32,000 nt of DNA from contig NC_000916.1 in NCBI RefSeq assembly GCF_000008645.1, positions 720,001 to 752,000 on the forward strand, read 5' to 3'. The notes under the pieces were generated by a model that worked only from the letters and a program-made list of their open reading frames with translations, did no database searches and had not been told where the DNA came from. Below, one piece after another: positions 29,958 through 32,000 of this stretch (within the stretch, counting starts at the first letter, position 1; each line of letters starts with the position of its first letter). Source of the stretch: Methanothermobacter thermautotrophicus str. Delta H (GTDB taxonomy: Archaea; Methanobacteriota; Methanobacteria; Methanobacteriales; Methanothermobacteraceae). A program made the position numbers and the translations under genes.

Positions 29958-31232
29958 CTAATCAGCCAGGAGGTATGTCCCTGTGGCATCCCTTATCCTG
30001 ACCCTCCTGAAGGACCCTGGCTCACCGGTTTCTGTAACAACCGGGATGTACGAACCCGTCCTTCCAATGAAACCCCCCTTCCTTCCCCTCTCAACAACGA
30101 GTATCTCCTGGAATGATCCCACCAGGCGTCTGTTTTCCTCCTCAGTTATCCTCATCTTGAGTTCCTCGAGGGCCCTGGAACGTCTGCGGAGTTCCCTGAA
30201 GTCTATCTCATCAAGTGAAGATGACCTGGCACGTGGGCGGTGCCGGTACTTTGAGAGGTGTATGAAGCTGGGTTTAACCTCCTCCAGGAGGCTGCATGTA
30301 TCCATGAAGTCCTCCCGCTCCTCTGTGGGGTAGCCAACGATTATGTCCGTTGCGATGGATATGTCGGGGATCTCTGACCTGAACCTTTCAACAATCATCC
30401 GGAACTCATCCACTGTGTGTCCCCTCTCCATATCTGCGAGTACACTATCACTGCCACTCTGCACCGGGAGATGAAGGAAGCTGTAGACCTTCTCTGATTT
30501 GAATGCCTCAACAAGTCCATCAAGATCCCTGAGGACGCTTGCAGGGTGCATCATACCCACACGTATCCTGAAATTCCCGGGGATCCCTGATATCCCCTTT
30601 ATGATGTCTGATAGCTTTTCGCCGGTATCCACCCCATAGGCGGCTGTGTCCTGTGCTGTGAGCTGTATCTCCCTGCAGCCACTGGCCACTGCCTCCCTTG
30701 CCTCACTGATGATGAGGTCCGATGGATAACTCTGGATTCTTCCCCTGGCAAACCGGGTGCAGCAGTAACTGCAGCTACCATTGCACCCCTCACATATCGG
30801 TATGATGTGTATAAGGGGATTTGACCTGACCCTTGGGACCTTCACCTTCACATCTGACGTGAATCCGGTTATGCGCTCAACCAGACCATTACTGGCGGCC
30901 CTGACAGCCTGCGGCGCCCTTCTCAGCTGGTGTGGCCCAAGCCATGATGCATCTCCCGAGATGGCTTCAAGTTTAGAGGGGTCTATTTCGACCATGCAGC
31001 CAGCCACAACGAGACCCTTCTCAGGGTAGGTCTCCTGTATCTTCTTTATCCTGTTTATAACCTTGTGCTCCGTGGGATGCTTAACATAGCATGTGTTGAT
31101 AATTATGACGTCAGCATCATCGATTCCTGTGAGCACAGCGCCCTCCTCCCGGAGGACGCCTGCCATGATCTCAGAGTCTGCCTGGTTGAATGTACATCCA
31201 AATGTCTCTATATAAACCCTGATACCATCCAT
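29958..31232 (-). CDS. MiaB-like radical-SAM methylthiotransferase, archaeal MtaB/CDKAL1 type
   Basis: N-terminal UPF0004 domain (YIETFGCTFNQADSE), radical-SAM CEGCNGSCSYCC, and a C-terminal TRAM-like segment. Confidence 0.85.
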   Translation of the reverse strand: MDGIRVYIETFGCTFNQADSEIMAGVLREEGAVLTGIDDADVIIINTCYVKHPTEHKVINRIKKIQETYPEKGLVVAGCMVEIDPSKLEAISGDASWLGPHQLRRAPQAVRAASNGLVERITGFTSDVKVKVPRVRSNPLIHIIPICEGCNGSCSYCCTRFARGRIQSYPSDLIISEAREAVASGCREIQLTAQDTAAYGVDTGEKLSDIIKGISGIPGNFRIRVGMMHPASVLRDLDGLVEAFKSEKVYSFLHLPVQSGSDSVLADMERGHTVDEFRMIVERFRSEIPDISIATDIIVGYPTEEREDFMDTCSLLEEVKPSFIHLSKYRHRPRARSSSLDEIDFRELRRRSRALEELKMRITEEENRRLVGSFQEILVVERGRKGGFIGRTGSYIPVVTETGEPGSFRRVRIRDATGTYLLAD

Positions 31233-31257
31233 TGGAAATCACTCTTTTAAATGTTAA

Positions 31258-31270
31258 CCTGAAAAAATGG
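31258..31270 (-). terminator. Oligo-T terminator candidate after pcm
   Basis: The minus strand reads CCATTTTTTCAGG, ~17 nt after the pcm stop. Confidence 0.4.
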
Positions 31271-31286
31271 ATTTGTGGTCTTCAGT

Positions 31287-31940
31287 TCAGTGGAATTTCC
31301 ATCCATGTTTCCCTATCAGCGGGACGAAGGCAACCCCGCCGAGATTTCTGGACCTGTAGTCGTCGGCGGAGGTCCTCTCAATCAGAACCAGTTCCTGATA
31401 GAATTTATCAGAACCCACAGGTATTAAAAGTTTTCCCCCTATCTCCAGCTGCTTCATGAGGGGATCCGGGATGTATGGTGCCGCTGCAGTCACGTATATC
31501 CTGCTGTAGGGTGCCTCATCAGCGAATCCCTGGCTGCCATCGCCGTGTATGACCGTTATGTTATCGTATCCGAGGCTTCTGAGTTTTTTGCGGGCCCTTT
31601 CATAGAGGATTCCTATCCTTTCAACGGTGTAGAGGTGTCCCTCGGGTCCTATGATTTCAGCTATAACAGCTGCATTGTAGCCGCAGCCGGTACCTATCTC
31701 AAGGACCTTCATCCCGGGTTCCAGGTCAAGGATCTCAGCTATCATGGCAACCATGTGGGGTGCCGATATGGTCTGACCCTCACCTATGGGGAGCGGCATG
31801 TCCATGTAGGCCCTGTGCATCTCATCCTCAGGGACAAACTCCTCCCTGGGCACCCTCTCCATGGCCCTCCTGACGGCCTCAGATTTTATGTATCCCCTCT
31901 CCATGAGGTCCTGAACCATTCTCCTTCTCTCATCCATCAT
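31287..31940 (-). CDS. pcm: Protein-L-isoaspartate O-methyltransferase
   Basis: 217 aa. QTISAPHMVA, the VLEIGTGCGYNAA SAM-binding motif, and GGKLLIPVG. Confidence 0.92.
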   Translation of the reverse strand: MMDERRRMVQDLMERGYIKSEAVRRAMERVPREEFVPEDEMHRAYMDMPLPIGEGQTISAPHMVAMIAEILDLEPGMKVLEIGTGCGYNAAVIAEIIGPEGHLYTVERIGILYERARKKLRSLGYDNITVIHGDGSQGFADEAPYSRIYVTAAAPYIPDPLMKQLEIGGKLLIPVGSDKFYQELVLIERTSADDYRSRNLGGVAFVPLIGKHGWKFH

Positions 31941-32000
31941 GTGACCACAGCAGATCAGCCCCGAAGTCCCGGGATCACACCACCCTGTCTGTCAGGTCAT

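Noticed and set aside
31941-32000. Possible 3' end of a further minus-strand gene at the window edge (one frame ends ...DLTDRVV-stop near 31975).
   Set aside because: Only ~8 codons are visible, and all three frames contain stops within 60 nt. There is not enough sequence to support a call.

Overview
This window reads as core chromosome of a thermophilic, pseudomurein-walled methanogen. Gene order and several proteins I recognise match my recollection of the Methanothermobacter thermautotrophicus MTH792-MTH827 region: a Hel308 helicase starting MKSLPPEMRQ, an 85-aa CPYC glutaredoxin-like thioredoxin, and an HMt-type histone. That is memory, not a database search. I call 36 protein genes, 3 complete tRNAs and 1 edge-truncated tRNA. 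In order they are: HMG-CoA synthase and thiolase (mevalonate pathway), thermosome, a secreted PMBR-transglutaminase protein, a cyclase-family protein and a coiled-coil protein. A long minus-strand array follows: shikimate kinase, chorismate mutase, S17e, aspartokinase, dapA, dapB, asd, PAP2 phosphatase. Then come sppA, thioredoxin, cbiD, moaC, hel308, two tandem UPF0305/DUF2115 paralogs, a DUF308-like membrane protein, a PRC-barrel pair, an M50-CBS protease, elp3, deoC, a cyclophilin-like protein, cofH, histone, rubrerythrin, a multi-PAS histidine kinase, tRNA-Val and tRNA-Phe, a MiaB-like methylthiotransferase and pcm. I saw no CRISPR array, IS element, integrase, toxin-antitoxin pair or defence-island signature. 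I did not find a convincing new multi-gene system. The observations most worth a second look are: (1) a perfect 58-bp x3 tandem repeat across the cbiD/moaC junction that replicates the moaC start region; (2) two single-base frameshifts, each truncating a recognisable conserved C-terminus (dapA and the histidine kinase); (3) the function-unknown UPF0305 paralog pair downstream of hel308; (4) a signal-peptide, 2x PMBR, Arg-rich linker, transglutaminase-core protein; (5) a PRC-barrel plus small-protein pair; (6) a shared terminator-like module upstream of two unrelated genes. Product calls rest on motifs I read in the supplied translations. Promoter and terminator calls are low confidence.
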